Assembly: GCF_009914755.1 (NCBI RefSeq)
Contig: NC_060927.1
Reading direction: 5' to 3' (one strand)
Length of the DNA stretch: 64,000 bases
Source: the human T2T-CHM13v2.0 reference genome, Homo sapiens
Shown here: positions 27,932 to 41,955 of the stretch, piece by piece
How positions within the stretch are numbered: the stretch's first letter is position 1
How the letters are laid out: each line of letters opens with the position of its first letter
Notes under the pieces: generated by a model
What the model saw: only the letters and a program-made list of their open reading frames with translations
What the model was told of the DNA's origin: nothing
Databases searched by the model: none
Made by a program: the position numbers and the translations under genes

Positions 27932-30700
27932 ATGACGGATGCTGCCCGATCGCCTCGGAAGCCTCCTGGATCATCACAGACACTTTTGGTAACTCTCACA
28001 GTGGAGGGTAAGTCTGTCCCCTTCTTAACCAATATGGAGGCTACCCACTCCACATTACCTTCTTTTCAAGGGCATGTTTCCCTTGCTTCCATAACTGTTG
28101 TGGGTATTGACAGCCAGGCTTCTAAACCTCTTAAAACTCCCCAACTCTGGTGCCAACTTGGACAATATTCTTTTATGCACTCCTTTTTAGTTATCCCCAC
28201 CTGCCCAGCTCCCTCGTTAGGTCTAGGCATTTTAATCAAATTATCTGCTTCCCTGACTATTCCTGGACTACAGCCACACCTCATTGTTGCCCTTCTTCCC
28301 AACCCAAAGCCTCCTTCGTGTCTTCCTCTCATATCCCCCCACCTTAACCCACAAGTATGGGACACCTCTACTCCCTCCCTGGCAACTGATCACATGCCCA
28401 TTACTATCCCATTAAAACCTAATCATGCTTACCCCACTCAACACCAGTATCCCATCCCACAACAGGCTTTAAGGTGATTGAAGCCTGTTATCACTAGCCT
28501 GCTACAGCATGGGCTTCTAAAACTTATAAACTCTCCCTACATTTCCCCCATTTTACCTGTCCAAACACTGGACAAGTCTTACAGGTTAGTTCAGGATCTG
28601 CGCCTTATCAACCAAATTGTTTTGCCTATTCACCCTGTGGTGCCCAAACCGTACACTCTCCTATCCTCAATACCTCCCTCCACAACCCATTATTCTGTTC
28701 TGGACCTCTTACATGCTTTCTTTACTACTCCTTTGCACCCTTCATCCCAGCCTCTCTTTGCTTTCACTTGGACTGACCCTGACACCCATCAGGCTCAGCA
28801 AATTACCTAGGCTGTACTGCCGCAAGGCTTTGCAGACAGCCCCCATTACTTCAGTCAAGCCCAAATTTCTTCCTCATCCATTACCTATCTCGGCATAATT
28901 CTTCATGAAAACACATGTGCTCTTCCTGCTAATCATGTCTGGCTAATCTCCCAAAGCCCAACCCCTTCTATGAAACAACAACTCCTTTCCTTCCTAGGCA
29001 TGGTTAGATACTTCCGCCTTTAAATACCTAGCTTTACCATCCTGACTAAACCATTATATAAACTCACAAAAGCAAACCTAGCTGACCCCATAGATCCTAA
29101 ATCCTTCCACCACTCCTCTTTCCATTCCTCAAAAACAGCCATAAAATCTGCTCCCACACTAGCTCTCCCTAACTCATCCCAACCCTTTTCATTACACACA
29201 GCCAAAGTACAGCGCTGTGCAGTCAAAATTCTTACACAAGAGCTGGGACCACACCCTGTAGCCTTTCTGTCCAAACAATTTGACCTTACTGTTTTAAGTT
29301 AGCCCCACATTATTCCTGATACCACACCTGACCCCCATGGCTGTATCTTTCTAATCCACCTGGCATTTGCAATTTCCCCATATTTCCTTCTTTTCTGTTC
29401 CTCACCCTGATCACACTTGGTTTATTCATGGCAGTTCCACCAGGCCTAATCGCCACTCACCAGCAAAGGCAGGCTATGCTATAGTATCTTCCACATCTAT
29501 CGTTAACACTACTGCTCTGCCCCCCTCCACTACCTCTCAGCAAGCCGAACTCATTGCCTTAACTCAGGCCCTCACTCTTGCAACGGGACTACGCATCAAT
29601 ATTTATAGTGACTCTAAATATGCCTTCCATACCCTGCACCACCATGCTGTTATATGGGCAGGAAGAGGTTTGCTCACTACACAAGGGTCTTCCATCATTA
29701 ATGCCTCTTTAATAAAAACTCACCTCAAGGCTGCTTTACTTCCAAAGGAAGCTGGAGTCATTCACTGCAAGGGCCATCAAAAGGTGTCAGATCCCATCAC
29801 TCAGGGCAATGCTTATGCTAATAAGGTAGCTAAAGAAGCAGTTAGCATTCCAACTTTGGTCCCTTATGGCCAATTTTTCTCCTTCTCATCAGTCAGTCCC
29901 ACCTACTCCCCCACTGAAACATCACCCTATCAATCTCTTCCCACACAAGGCAAATGGTTCTTAGACAAAGGGAAATATCTCTTTCCAGCCTCACAGGCCC
30001 ATTCTATTCTGTCATCATTTCATAACCTCTTCCATGTAGGTCACAAGCCTCTAGCCCATCTCTTAGAACCTCTCATTTCCTTTCCATCATGGAAATCTAT
30101 CCTTAAGGAAAACACTTCTCAGGGTTCCATCTGCTATTCTACTACTCCTCAGGGAATGTTCAGGCCCCCTCCCTTTCCTACACATCAAGCTCAGGGATTT
30201 GCCCCTGCCCAGGACTGGCAAATTGACTTTACTCACATGCCCCAAGTCAGGAAACTAAAATACCACTTGGTCTGGGAAGACACTTTCACTGGATGGGTAG
30301 AGGCTTTCCCACAGGGTCTGAGAAGCCCATCGTGGTCATTTCTTCCTTTCAATCAGACGTAATTCCTCGGTTTGGCCTTCCCACCTCTATATAGTCCAAT
30401 AATGGACCGGCCTTTATTAGTCAAATCACCCAAGCAGTTTCTCAGGCTCTTGGTATTCAGTGGAAACTTCATACCCCTTACCATCCTCAATCTTCAGGAA
30501 AGGTAAAATGGACTAATGGTCTTTTAAAAACATACCTCACCAAGCTCAGCCTCCAATTTAAAGACTGGACAATACTTTTACCACTTGCCCTTCTCAGAAT
30601 TCAGGCCTGTCCTCGGGATGCTACAGGGTACAGCCCATTTGAGCTCCTGTATGGATGCTCCTTTTTATTAGGCCCCAGTCTCATTCCAGACACCAGCCCA
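27932..30700 (+). pseudogene. pol: HERV-H pro-pol pseudogene (protease, partially deleted RT, RNase H, integrase)
   Basis: Protease site decayed to LTNMEATHS; RT motifs YRLVQDLR and LPQGF but no YxDD; RNase H WFIHGSS/YSDSKY/NAYANK; integrase WQIDFTHM; multiple stops and frameshifts. Confidence 0.9.
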
Positions 30701-30879
30701 ACTTGAACTGCACCCCAAAACTTGTCACCCCTACTATCTTCTGTCTAGTCATACTCCTATTCGCCATTCTCAACTACTAGTAAATACCCTACCCTTGTTT
30801 ACACTTTTCCTTCAAACCATCATAACTGATATCTCCTGGTTTTACCTCAAAACCCTTAAGTCTCTCTTAAAGTGGATAG

Positions 30880-31427
30880 ATGATCTTTGCTGACAGAGTA
30901 CACTCCAATACTTTCACCTTCATGAAGTCTTATTCTTTACTTTTATACTCACTCTTATTCTCGTTCCTATTCTTATGCCACCCTCTACCTCTCCCCAGCT
31001 ATCTCCACCACACTATCAATCTCAGTCACTCTCTGCTAGCCATTTCTAATCCTTCTTTAACAAACAATTGCTGGCTTTGCATTTCTCTTTCCTCCAAAAT
31101 CACGGAGGCCTCGACTTACTCACTGCTAAAAAAAAAAAGGCACTCTGTATATTTTTAAATGAAGAGTGTTGTTTTTACCTAAATCAGTCTGGCCTGGTAT
31201 ATGACAACATAAAAAAACTCAATGATAGAGCCCAAAAACTTGCCAACCAAGCAGGTAATTACACTGAACCCCCTTGGGCACTCTCTAATTGGATGTCCTG
31301 GGTCCTCCCAATTCTTAGTCCTTTAATACCTGTTTTTCTCCTTCTCTTATTCAGAATTTGTGTCTTCCGTTTAGTTTTTCAATTCATACAAAACCACATC
31401 CACGCCATCACCAGTCATTCTATATGA
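30880..31427 (+). pseudogene. env: HERV-H env remnant with SU deletion
   Basis: Hydrophobic leader plus CWLC (30880-31158); in another frame an ISD-like LQNHGGLDLLTA, CX6CC (CIFLNEECC) and TM segment (31068-31427). Confidence 0.9.
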
Positions 31428-31652
31428 CAAATGTTCTTTCTAACAACCCCACAACATCGCCCCTTACCACAAAGTCTTCCTTCAGCTTAATCTGTCCCAC
31501 TGTAGGTTCCCAGGCTGCCCCTAATCCCGCTTGAAGCAGTCCTGAGAAACATCTCCCTTTATCTCTCCATACCTCCCCCCAAAAATTTTTGCTGCCTCAA
31601 TACTTCAATACTATTTTATGTTATTTTTCTTATTATTATAAGAAGACAGGAA

Positions 31653-32019
31653 TGTCAGGCTTCTGAGCCCAAGCCTGCACATATACATCCAGATGGCCTG
31701 AAGTAACTGAAGAATCACAAAAGAAGTGAAAATGGCCGGTTCCTGCCTTAACTGATGGCATTACCTTGTGAAATTCCTTCTCCTGGCTCAGAAGCTCCCC
31801 CACTGACCACCTTGTGACCCCTGCCCCTGCCTGCCAGAGAACAATCCCCTTTGACTGTAATTTTCCACTACCCACTCAAATCCCATAAAACAGCCCCATC
31901 CCTATCTCCCTTCGCTGACTCTCTGTTTGGACTCAGCCCACCTGCACCCAGGTGATTAAAAAGCTTTATTGTTCACACAAAGTCTGTTTGGTGGTCTCTT
32001 CAAACAGACATGCATGACA
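31653..32019 (+). mobile_element. HERV-H 3' LTR (LTR7 family, LTR7B-like, 367 bp)
   Basis: tgtcagg...tgaca termini; 'cctgccttaactgatggcattaccttgtgaaattcc'; ATTAAA at 31955-31960. Confidence 0.95.
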
Positions 32020-33218
32020 CAAAACAATAGCCTTATTTCCATATTAATGACAACAATGTCTTAATCATAACAGCAAATTGTTTTATGTGTGTGTTCTTAG
32101 GCTTTTTGAAAATTGAGTTTACACATATGCAGGGATTTTTTTTCTATTTTCATATTCAAAGTTCCTTCTATACTTTCTCTTGTACTGAGATTGAAGTTTA
32201 TACACATAAGAGAAAATAAATCCTTTGGTTGAGATTTTTTTTTAGTCTTTGGCCAGTTTGTCTATTTGACCACAACAAGACTAATGCAATCAATTTTGAT
32301 AGGAGATTTCAAGGCTGAAGCAGCCAATATAATACACTCTCTGAGATCAATAAAAACTACCCTTCAGTCATTTTCATTTTCTGTTTCACTTTGTATATCT
32401 TTGTTGTAGCTGAGCTGAGTTCTAAATGTCAGTTTTGCAATCTGGTTTTCATTTTGAGTGTTCCAATCTAAGAGCAGCTAATGTTAGAGAGAGAAAGGTT
32501 TACTTTATTGACTAGATAGTCAGTTTACTGATTTTAATATTGTTTAAACAGTTTTTTGAAAATTATTTTAAAATGTTTTGTTTAACTTACTTTTTAATTG
32601 ACAATTTATTCTAGGTCCATAAAATTTTGGAAGGTGGAAAATTGAAAACACACTAACCAAATAGCTATTTATTACATTAACTTATGTTTGGTGGCCTCAA
32701 TTTTTAAAATCTTCATTTTGAAATAAGAATAAAGAAACAAGTATTATTTCATGTTTCTAGACATACTACATTTTATTCATAATAAAACTTAGCCAATTCA
32801 CATAGACATTGCAAAACAGATTTCCTTTGGAAAAGCAACTCTATAGTATACCTGGAAACAACTACACTATATATGAATAACACAGAAATTTAGTCTCCTA
32901 AAATCTATTTTCTCACTTGCTTTTTAATTACTTGACAAATGTATGATATCACCAAATGTTATTTTATTTTAAACTATTGGCAATGATATGATATCACCCA
33001 AAATGTTTATTTGGTGGCAAATGGTACCAGAAAAGGGTTAAGATTATCTCTCTGATATTCAATTTTTAGCTAATAGGATAAAAACACTTTATGTGAAACA
33101 ATATGTTAATAACAAACAACGGACACCAATTCATAACCTTTCACTCTAAGTAGATTTAGAGGTAATGCATAGAATATTTCATAAATATTGGTCAGTTTCC
33201 TCCGAAGGGCAATTTAGA

Positions 33219-34310
33219 TTGCACTAATTTTCTGTTGCTGCATGTATTAATCAGCGTTCTCTAGAGGGACAGAACTAATAGTATAGATGTATAAATAAAG
33301 GAGAGTTTATTATGGAGTATTGACTCACAGGATCACCAGGTGAGGCCCCATAATAGGCCTTCTTCAAGCTGAGAGGCAAGGAAGCCAGTCCGAGTCCCAA
33401 AATCTCAGAAGTAGGGAAGCCAACAGTGCAGCATTCACTCTGTGATTGAAAGAAAGTCCAAGATTTCGAAAGCTGAAGATCTTGGAGTCTGATGTTTGAG
33501 GGTGGAAAGCATCCCACAAGGGAGAAAGGTGGAGGCCAGAATACTCAGCCACTCTCCTCTTTCCACGTTCCTCTGCCTGCTTTTATCCTAGCCACACCGG
33601 CAGCTGATTAGATGGTGCCCACCCAGATTGAGGGTGGGTCTGCCTTTCCCAGTCCACTGACTAATGTTAATCTCCTTTGGCAACCCCCTCACAGACACAC
33701 CCAGGAGCAATATTTTACATTCTTCATTCCAATCGACACTCAATATTAACCATCACACTGAATAACAAATTACCACAAAACTAGCAGCTTTAAACAGCAC
33801 AAACGCATTATTTTACCCCTTCTGTGAAGCAGGTTCTCTAATCAGGGTCTCACAAGGCTACAATGAAGATGTCAGCTGGACTGCCTTCTCATCTAGACAC
33901 CCAATAATGGAATAATCCACATCTAAGCTCATATAGGGAGTTGGCCAAATTTATATCCTTGGAACTGCAAGGAAAAGCCCAGAATTTACGGGCTATAGTG
34001 TGTAGATCACCATTAGAGCCTAGAGGTTTCTCACACTGCCCGACATCATGGCCTTGTCCACAAGCAGTTAGCAACATGGCTGTTTTCTTCCTCAAGAGCA
34101 GAAAGAGGAGCTCCCACTGCAGTCCTCTAAGACACAGTCTTACATAACACAGCGTAATCAAGGAGGTGACATCCTATTATCTTTGCCTCTTCTATTTTTA
34201 GATAAGACTTGTTTAGAAACAAGTCTTAAGTTCTGTTGGTAATTACAGAAACTTAGGTAAAGAGATTATAGAAGAATGTAACTCACTGGGGATTAACTTA
34301 GTGTGTGTTT
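33219..34310 (-). mobile_element. Old MLT1 (F/G-like) LTR interrupted by MLT2
   Basis: 'ttttctgttgctg | aataacaaattaccacaaaactagcagctttaaacagcac' is contiguous across the insertion. Confidence 0.65.
33243..33757 (-). mobile_element. MLT2A/B-like solo LTR nested in MLT1
   Basis: tgtattaatcag...aaccatcaca termini; TSD ctg(c/a)a. Confidence 0.9.
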
Positions 34311-34339
34311 TTCACATAGGTGTGGAGGATGTTAGAATG

Positions 34340-35430
34340 AATAACAAATACATATTTCCACTATTTGTAAGTTGCTTTCTTGAAATCCAGTGTGACAGCA
34401 GACAACAACAAAGTGAACAAGACAAAAAATTAATTAGAAATATCAATGCATTGTAAAACAGAAATAAACAGGTTGCTAAGAAATAGAATTACGTGCGGAA
34501 ATCTATTTCACATGGACTAATGTGCAGTAAGTAGCCTTTCAGAAGCCAGATAGTTTTCTGAGGATTTAACTCTGAAGGGTGTGAAGGAGCAAACCACGAG
34601 AAGAACAAGGAAGGGGAGAGAGAATTCTTCAAACAGAATAAATAGTATCATCCAAGGAGCAGGAAAAAAAGTGACTTGTTTAAGAAGCTGTAATAAGGCA
34701 TGTGTAGCTTGAGTGTAGTAAAAGAAGGTGTGGATATGGAGAGACCAGTTATAGATTTTTAGACCTAGAAAGGAACTTACACTTTATTTGAAGATCAATG
34801 GATGTTCAGGTGGGGAAAAAGGGACATGATCTAATTTAAAATTGAATAATCTTACTCCACTGAGAAACAGTTAGAAGAATGGATGCGGGGCTGACCAGGT
34901 ATGAGATTTTATTTCACCATCTCAGACAGAGGATGGTTAAGAGGTGACATCATGTTGGTGAGGCCAAGAGTGTTGACAGGAGGCACATTGAGGTGGATAA
35001 AGTTAAATATTTGGAGAATACATGGATTTGGTCTCAATCTAGAGATTGTAATACAAATAAATAAAAATATTGATATCTGTATCTCAATCTCAGAAGAGAT
35101 ATCTAGATGATGTTTGAAGCAATGAGAAAAGTTAGTATCTTGTAGGGAAAATCTGTATATAAAGAAGTGGCCCTAGCATTTTAATATTTAAATGCTCAAT
35201 GGAGTATAGATAACATTGGCTCGTATGACTGGAGGAAAAAAAACAAGAAAATATGAAATTATGGTAGGCAAAGAGGGTGTTTTCCCACTGACAATATAAA
35301 CCAAATGTGGCTACAGTAGCTGGAAGTTGCATAACATGAGGTGAGACAGTAAATGTGTTGCTTTATTCAGCCATATTTATGCCATTATTAACATTGAGAA
35401 GTGCAGAACTGGAAACTGAAGACTATTATT
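34340..35430 (-). mobile_element. Diverged L2 fragment
   Basis: Purine-rich antisense L2 motifs ('gacatgatctaattt', 'ttggagaatacatggatttgg'). Confidence 0.5.
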
Positions 35431-36479
35431 AATGCAATACATGTAAGCGAAGGAAGATTAAAGTTGATTGAAAACAGATTTGGACATGATGAATCGAGAA
35501 CTACAGAATGATGTTTGATGATGAAGAAAAGCAAAGAGTAGAGGCATAGTTTAAGGGAAATGTTGAACTTATAAAAGGTGGTTTTGCACAATAAAATATG
35601 TAAGACATTTAGCATTGTGCCTGGCCCATATTAGTGATTTAATAAATGTAAAATCCTTTCTCGTTTTACTACTTACTTTATAAAATGATTATAACCAAGA
35701 CACTAGACTGTTCTCTCTCTGTGGTGGAAGCTTTAGGTGGAAAAAATATCGTCTAGATGAAATGACTTGAAACAAACCTTTGTATCCAGAAATTAATCAC
35801 TCTGCGGCATCGCTTCACGACACTAGCAATCAACTGCATTGCCTTGTCACCTCAATGAATTTTGGTTTACCAATTTCAAAACTACACAAATTATTAAGAG
35901 AACTGGCAAAGAAATAACACTAAAAAGGCATCTTCCTACTACAACTTTCTTGTGATCTTCCCTCTCTCCCTTACCTATTTTACATGCATTTTATTCACAC
36001 ATGCTGTTGGAGAGGCATTCTTCTCATCCCAAGAGTTTCATTTCCAATTCTTTTTTACACTAACTCTGTAATCCTGGGAAAATCAATTAAATTTTCTCGA
36101 CCTTAGTGCACTTATATGAAAGATATAGGGTGGTATCTGAATACTTTTTAAGTTGAAGTTTTTAATATATGATAGTTTTACATTTTGAAGTGTCTCCTTC
36201 TGGAAGAAACTCTTTAAAAGAAAGAAAACATAAAAAGCATAAATCAATTTTTTATACTTTCTTCACTGCTTCTGCGGTTTTATTATATATCAGAAGCAAC
36301 ACATTTACACTGAAAAATAAAATAAGTTGTGATGACATGAAAAGATTAATTCCAATTATATTTCATATTAGAAATTGTGGCTTAGTACTATTTTAATGTA
36401 GGTCAAAATGGACTTTTTCTTAGCCTACTGCTCATTCACCATCTGTCTATTTTCACTTCTGGATTTAACAAAAACACAA

Positions 36480-36612
36480 GTTATGCATGGGAGTGCACAT
36501 CTGCAGTCACAGCTACTTGTGAGGCAGAGGCAGGACAATCGCTTTAGCCCAGGTTTTTGAGAGCAGTCTGGGCAATATAATGTGACCCCATCTCTAAACA
36601 AATAAATAAAAA
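36480..36612 (+). mobile_element. Free Alu monomer (FLAM-like)
   Basis: Single ~120-bp arm plus A-rich tail; TSD acaaa(a/g)acaca. Confidence 0.8.
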
Positions 36613-36860
36613 TAGACAAAGACACATTACTTGAACTTGATGAGACAAATTAAAACAATGAGTGCAGTGTTACAAGTAAGGCAAGCAATAAAATTGAAGA
36701 GAACTTTTAGTTTATTTCCCAATTAAATCAGTATTCAGCTCCTTACTATCATTTGAATACTTGTTAGTCTGTCTCACACTAGGTAAATTATTTAAATGAA
36801 GAAGCTGGAGTCTATGAACACAATTGGTATCAGAATATTTTAACAGATAAAATTGTAAAT

Positions 36861-37174
<314 letters not shown>

Positions 37175-38169
37175 GTATAGATGGACAGATAAAAGTACCA
37201 AAGAATATGTATAGAGAGATATAGACTAAAGGAGGTTTCTAAGGGTGCTGAGTTAATGCATCATCTAACCCATTTCCTGGAATTACTAACTTTCTTACAA
37301 TTTAATATAACTCATGTATATATTCAATAAAAAGAAATTACTTCTAAAATCAGTTCTTATATAATGATGTATTTTGATTGGTTTAACCATATTATATGAG
37401 CTAAACTAGCTAATATAATTTAATTGCTCTTCAACAAGAGATGAAGTTAATAATAATTAAAATAAATTTTCAGGATTATGCATACTATTTAGTAAAATAA
37501 AAACACATCTTTTATATAAAAACATTTTGTGTAGGTCAGTCTCTAAGCTTAACTTGAAATGCTATTATTTTAAGCAACTTACAATGGATGAGAGAATTAA
37601 ATATTCACCATTTATCTTTTGTCCAACATAAAATTAATTAAATGAAAAGCATATCTACCTTGTTAATTCTCCTCGCCATTGTTACTGAAAGGAAAATTTT
37701 AAATTATGAATTGTCAAGTGAACATGTGAAAACTGAGGAAACCTCTTTAGAAACTGGAACCGCCAGAATTAATGCAATGGGGATAATCTATAAGTTCTAA
37801 ATTTATTATTCTGACTTTAAAATATATATGTGTGTGTATATGCACTGTTGTAAGTGACATATACTAGCTTTAAGCAAACGTAAACTTATCAAATGTAATA
37901 ATGTAGGGGCTAAGACATACCACATTAGCATAAATGTGATATACTTGAATGCATTAATTATCTAAATTTATCCTATTAACTTTATAAGCTATTGAAATTC
38001 ATCATATGTATTGGATAAATGCCTAATATCTACTGTGTTATGTAAGTATATCTAGTAAAGGGAAATTTGACTAAAATTTGGAGTTTCTGTATTTTCCAGA
38101 ATACATAGCACTAGTTTAAAATGGTTAGTTTTGAATGGGAGGATATAGAATCTTTTCAAATGTTATACA

Positions 38170-38534
38170 TGTTAGCTCAAGCTGCACCATTTTGTAAACC
38201 CCTGCCATTTTGCAGACCCTGGTCAGAGTGCAAAATTACATTAAGGTTCGGGCCATGAGAAACACCCTGCCACACAAGTCCCAGGTCTAACCACCTGACT
38301 GAAGAAAACCCTTCCCTTATCAGCAGCTAGCCCGAATGCCTGCCCCATTTCACAACAAGCCCAGACCCCTCCCACTTGGACCTATAATTACCCCAGTCTG
38401 TAAGTGGGGGCGGGCTTCTGCACTAGCTGGTATCCCCCCACAGGCCTTTGTTCAGTAAGTATGTATTGCTGTTGAGCCACCAACTCTCTCTCTCCATCTT
38501 CCTTTCACCCTCAGCTTCCTTTTGAAACCTAATG
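38170..38534 (+). mobile_element. ERVL-class solo LTR (LTR32-like)
   Basis: Sharp GC-richer block starting tgttagctcaagctgcaccattttg; TATA-like ctataatt; TSD ata(c/t)a. Confidence 0.65.
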
Positions 38535-39609
38535 ATATACAGAATATCTACTTTTGCATTTGATATGTTATCATCTTAATGTAGTGAAAACAAACAAAAT
38601 ACAATAGCAACAATTTTTAAAAAATCCTTTAGAACTTCAATGTGAAAAATTTTATGGTGGCCTTAGTTCTTGATATTATCAAACAAACAGATATAGAAAA
38701 TTCTCTTTACGTGCATTGTTTTTAATATAATCCATGTACCGAACTTACCTATAATGGATAAAAAGATGTTTACACTAAAAAATGGCCATATACAAAAGGC
38801 ATTTGTCTAAAGATTTACAGTGAGTTTGTACAATGGAAAATTTCTTTTGCATTAATTATTATTAATGGAAGTTATCTGAGAATTAACACTGCATGCACAA
38901 GTAAAAAATAAACATGTTAAAATCACCCTAAAATGATCTACTTTCTGTAAGAATTTCAGCTATACATTTAGAAATTTAAGTTACTATTTTCCTTTAAAGT
39001 TCAGAATCATTACAGCTTGTTTTGCAAAATTTCCAAATTATTTATATCTGCCAATACCTAAGCTGAATGAAATATAGTACTAACACCAGTAGGATTATTA
39101 GGATTGCTAGAGGAATAGCATATTGTTTTTTCTACTGTTTGGCAAGGAAGAGAAAAAGATAAATTGTTCATAAACAATAAATACTAAGTTCCTTCATAAA
39201 GATTTCTCTGTGTCTTCCCAAGTTACTTCTCTTTTCTGAATAGTCAAAATATTAAAGGAAACTTGTTTCTATTTCACTTAGCACATTCAGTTACTTTTCT
39301 GGTTATTCATATACTTGATTTATCTATTATAAAAGATTGAATGTAAATATTGTATGGGTGTATAATACTCTACATTATACTTCTTTGAAATTTTAGAACT
39401 CCCAGAATAGTTCATTAAATGTTTGACTCAATAACTTACTAAAGAAAAGAGAATGCCCAAAATTTGTATAAATTAACACAATTATATCATTTTGTTATAT
39501 CACCCTTGGATGACTGGGCGCAATGCAGAAAGAACACTGAGCTATAACTTAAGAGAGGGCATATTCTGTTCCAAAATCTGTAATAATGTTTTAATCAAAT
39601 TTGGGGTAC

Positions 39610-41955
39610 TTAGAGAATGAAAACAGCTGTAGAGCAGATCTAGGCAGCATAACAAGCTGTTCTGCCAGGTCGCCCTTATGACCCACACATATCATGGTCC
39701 TCAAAGTGTCTGAGACATAGAGATGCTCTACAGCATCCCTCGCCATCTCCTTAGGACAATGCCAGTGAAGAGCCTATGTTGGGGATAAAAAATTATACTG
39801 TCTTCTGCAAACAACTATTTTCCTTTGAGAAACAGACCTTGATTGGCTGCAAGAATCTGAAACAGACTCAAAATGTAACCAACTGACCTTGTAATTTGAG
39901 CTACCTGTCATGATCCACCAAGCTACGCAAGTATATACAGCAGTACCTTATCCTTAAATAGAACAGGAATAAGCAAGATCAGACACTAGTATATTCTGCA
40001 TGTACAAATAAATTGCAGGAACCAGTGACTGATTCCCATAGTGAATATTCTTCCTGTAATACAAACTTTCTTTCAAATTGCCAGACATTTGAGAGTTACT
40101 ACTTTAACTAGCTGGCTGAGGGAGAAAATGCTTTGGCCTGATTTATTGATAATTCTGCACATTATGGTGGCACTAGCCAAAAGTGCATATGCGGTGGCAT
40201 TATATTCTTACTGCAGCGGCCCTCAAAAAAATAGTGTAGAACAAAAATCATCGCAGTGGGCAAAATTGCCTAAGCAATGGATATGATTATCCATTTTATG
40301 ATTGTGGAGATAGTTATATATATATACATATATATATATATGGATTAAAGGGAAATATCCAACAATTTTGCCAGATAGTCAAGGACTGAAAAAAGGAAGC
40401 TTGGAAGATTGATAACAAAATTCTGATAGAAATATGGATGGACCTCTGGAAGGGGGCACGAAGTCTGAGGCTTCTGTGTCCATAAAAGTGCCCATCAAAT
40501 AAACCCACTACAGAGAAGGGTCTCAATAATGACATGGGCTTCTTGTCCATTTACTCTCTTGGGTCTTTCATCAGGCACCACGGTGTCTGTTCAATGAATC
40601 CATGTAAAAATTAGTTAGGGTGGCAGAGGTAGTGTTTATGTACAGCCTACAATATGGCCCCTTAACAGAGCTGATTTGGTTTTCTGAAATGTTGAGTACG
40701 AAAACCACTGACAGCAGAGGCTGTTACTGAGCCATGTCTATGGTGCCATTACCTGGAGAAAAAGTTATATGGTAAGCTGATTACAATGGAAGACTTTTTA
40801 TCAAGGAAAGGGCATCAGGGGATCCTCAACTTAATAAACAGCAATTCGGGATATGAATTTGCCTTTCTTTCATGCAATGTTTCTTTTTTTGTTATCAGTG
40901 AATTAATTAAATTTGTTATTCATAATCACAGTCAGAAAAATTACATTTCTTCTTACTAAATAATTTATTTTATAGCCAGAAGTGCATTAGAAAATTACAA
41001 CCTGCAGAATATTTGGTCTTATCATGTGCTCTATCAAAAGGAGCTGGCAGACCTTCTTATGGGTAGGGTCTCACCCTACAGTAAGTTTATTTATTTATTA
41101 TTTTTCTTTATATTGCTCTTTCACCCAAGCCAGAATACACTGGCCCAGGAGATAATAGTATTTAGTGGGATGGATTTTTCTCTCTATTATTCCAAATTTC
41201 TACAAGTTTGAGTTTTGAACACTTGTTTCCCTGGACTGCAAGTTAAGACTGCTACTGGCCATTTAAGTCTCTTCACCCCATTGAAACTCCAGATAAATGA
41301 AATAAGTACTGGAGCAACTGATTCTGATTAGCAAGGGAAAATTGGGTTGTTCCTACCTAAGACAACAGGGAGGCCCCTATGTAATTCGTAGAATTACCTG
41401 AGAGTTTCTCTTAAAACATTGTTTCAATAGATGACAACTAGATAATGTGAGGGTCACTAACCATTCAAATTCTTCACCTATGAGGTGAAGAAACTCAAAT
41501 GGCTGAAGCGCTGGCTGAAGCAAAAAGGTACATGGTCAGTGGAGATATTAATGCATATCAATTAAGTTCGCATGATCTGTTACAGCAACGATGATATAAA
41601 CATATATGCATGTTTTTTTCTTGTGAATTATGTATTTGTATATAACCATTTCATGCCTCTTATTTTCTATTGGGAATGCTGTTCGTGGCTAACTTTAGAA
41701 TGTCATCTCTAGGTTACAGATTTTCTAAGTAGTATTAAAACCTAACGAAACAACAACCAACAGAGATAAATAGAGCAAAAATATGTTAAAAAATAAGTAT
41801 GGAATTTTGTGTTCATCTTTTGTGGGCAGATGGTGAATATCTTTGTATGAAGAATAGTTGCATCACATTGGGCAGAAGCATGAAGCTGCTGCGGGGGGGT
41901 GGGGGGGTGGTGCACGTAGAGATGCGAACGTTTCAATGCATATAAAAGGGTATGT
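39610..41955 (+). mobile_element. Decayed ERVL internal region (RT connection, RNase H, integrase, dUTPase, 3' untranslated part)
   Basis: Nucleotide remnants of HERV-L-type motifs in the expected order: PYDP..MVL, NY.PFEKQ, KSSQWA.L, WKI.NK..WMDL, GY.FAF, WSYHV, GH..L...D.D.QG.IGL. Confidence 0.7.

Larger units (their letters stand above)
26708..31652 (+). mobile_element. HERV-H internal region (gag-pro-pol-env remnants, common deleted form), lacking 5' LTR, PBS and leader
   Basis: HERV-H gag 'ctcccttagcctgtgttctcaagaacttaaaacc'; C-rich composition; pro/pol/env peptides; polypurine tract aagaagacaggaa at 31640-31652. Confidence 0.95.

Noticed and set aside
27932-28477. 181-aa ORF as an active retroviral protease
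   Set aside because: The DTG active site reads NME.
29367-30362. 331-aa ORF as a functional RNase H-integrase
   Set aside because: Catalytic or structural residues are lost (DG to HG, AD to AN, CxxC to GxxC) and it frameshifts before the integrase core is complete.
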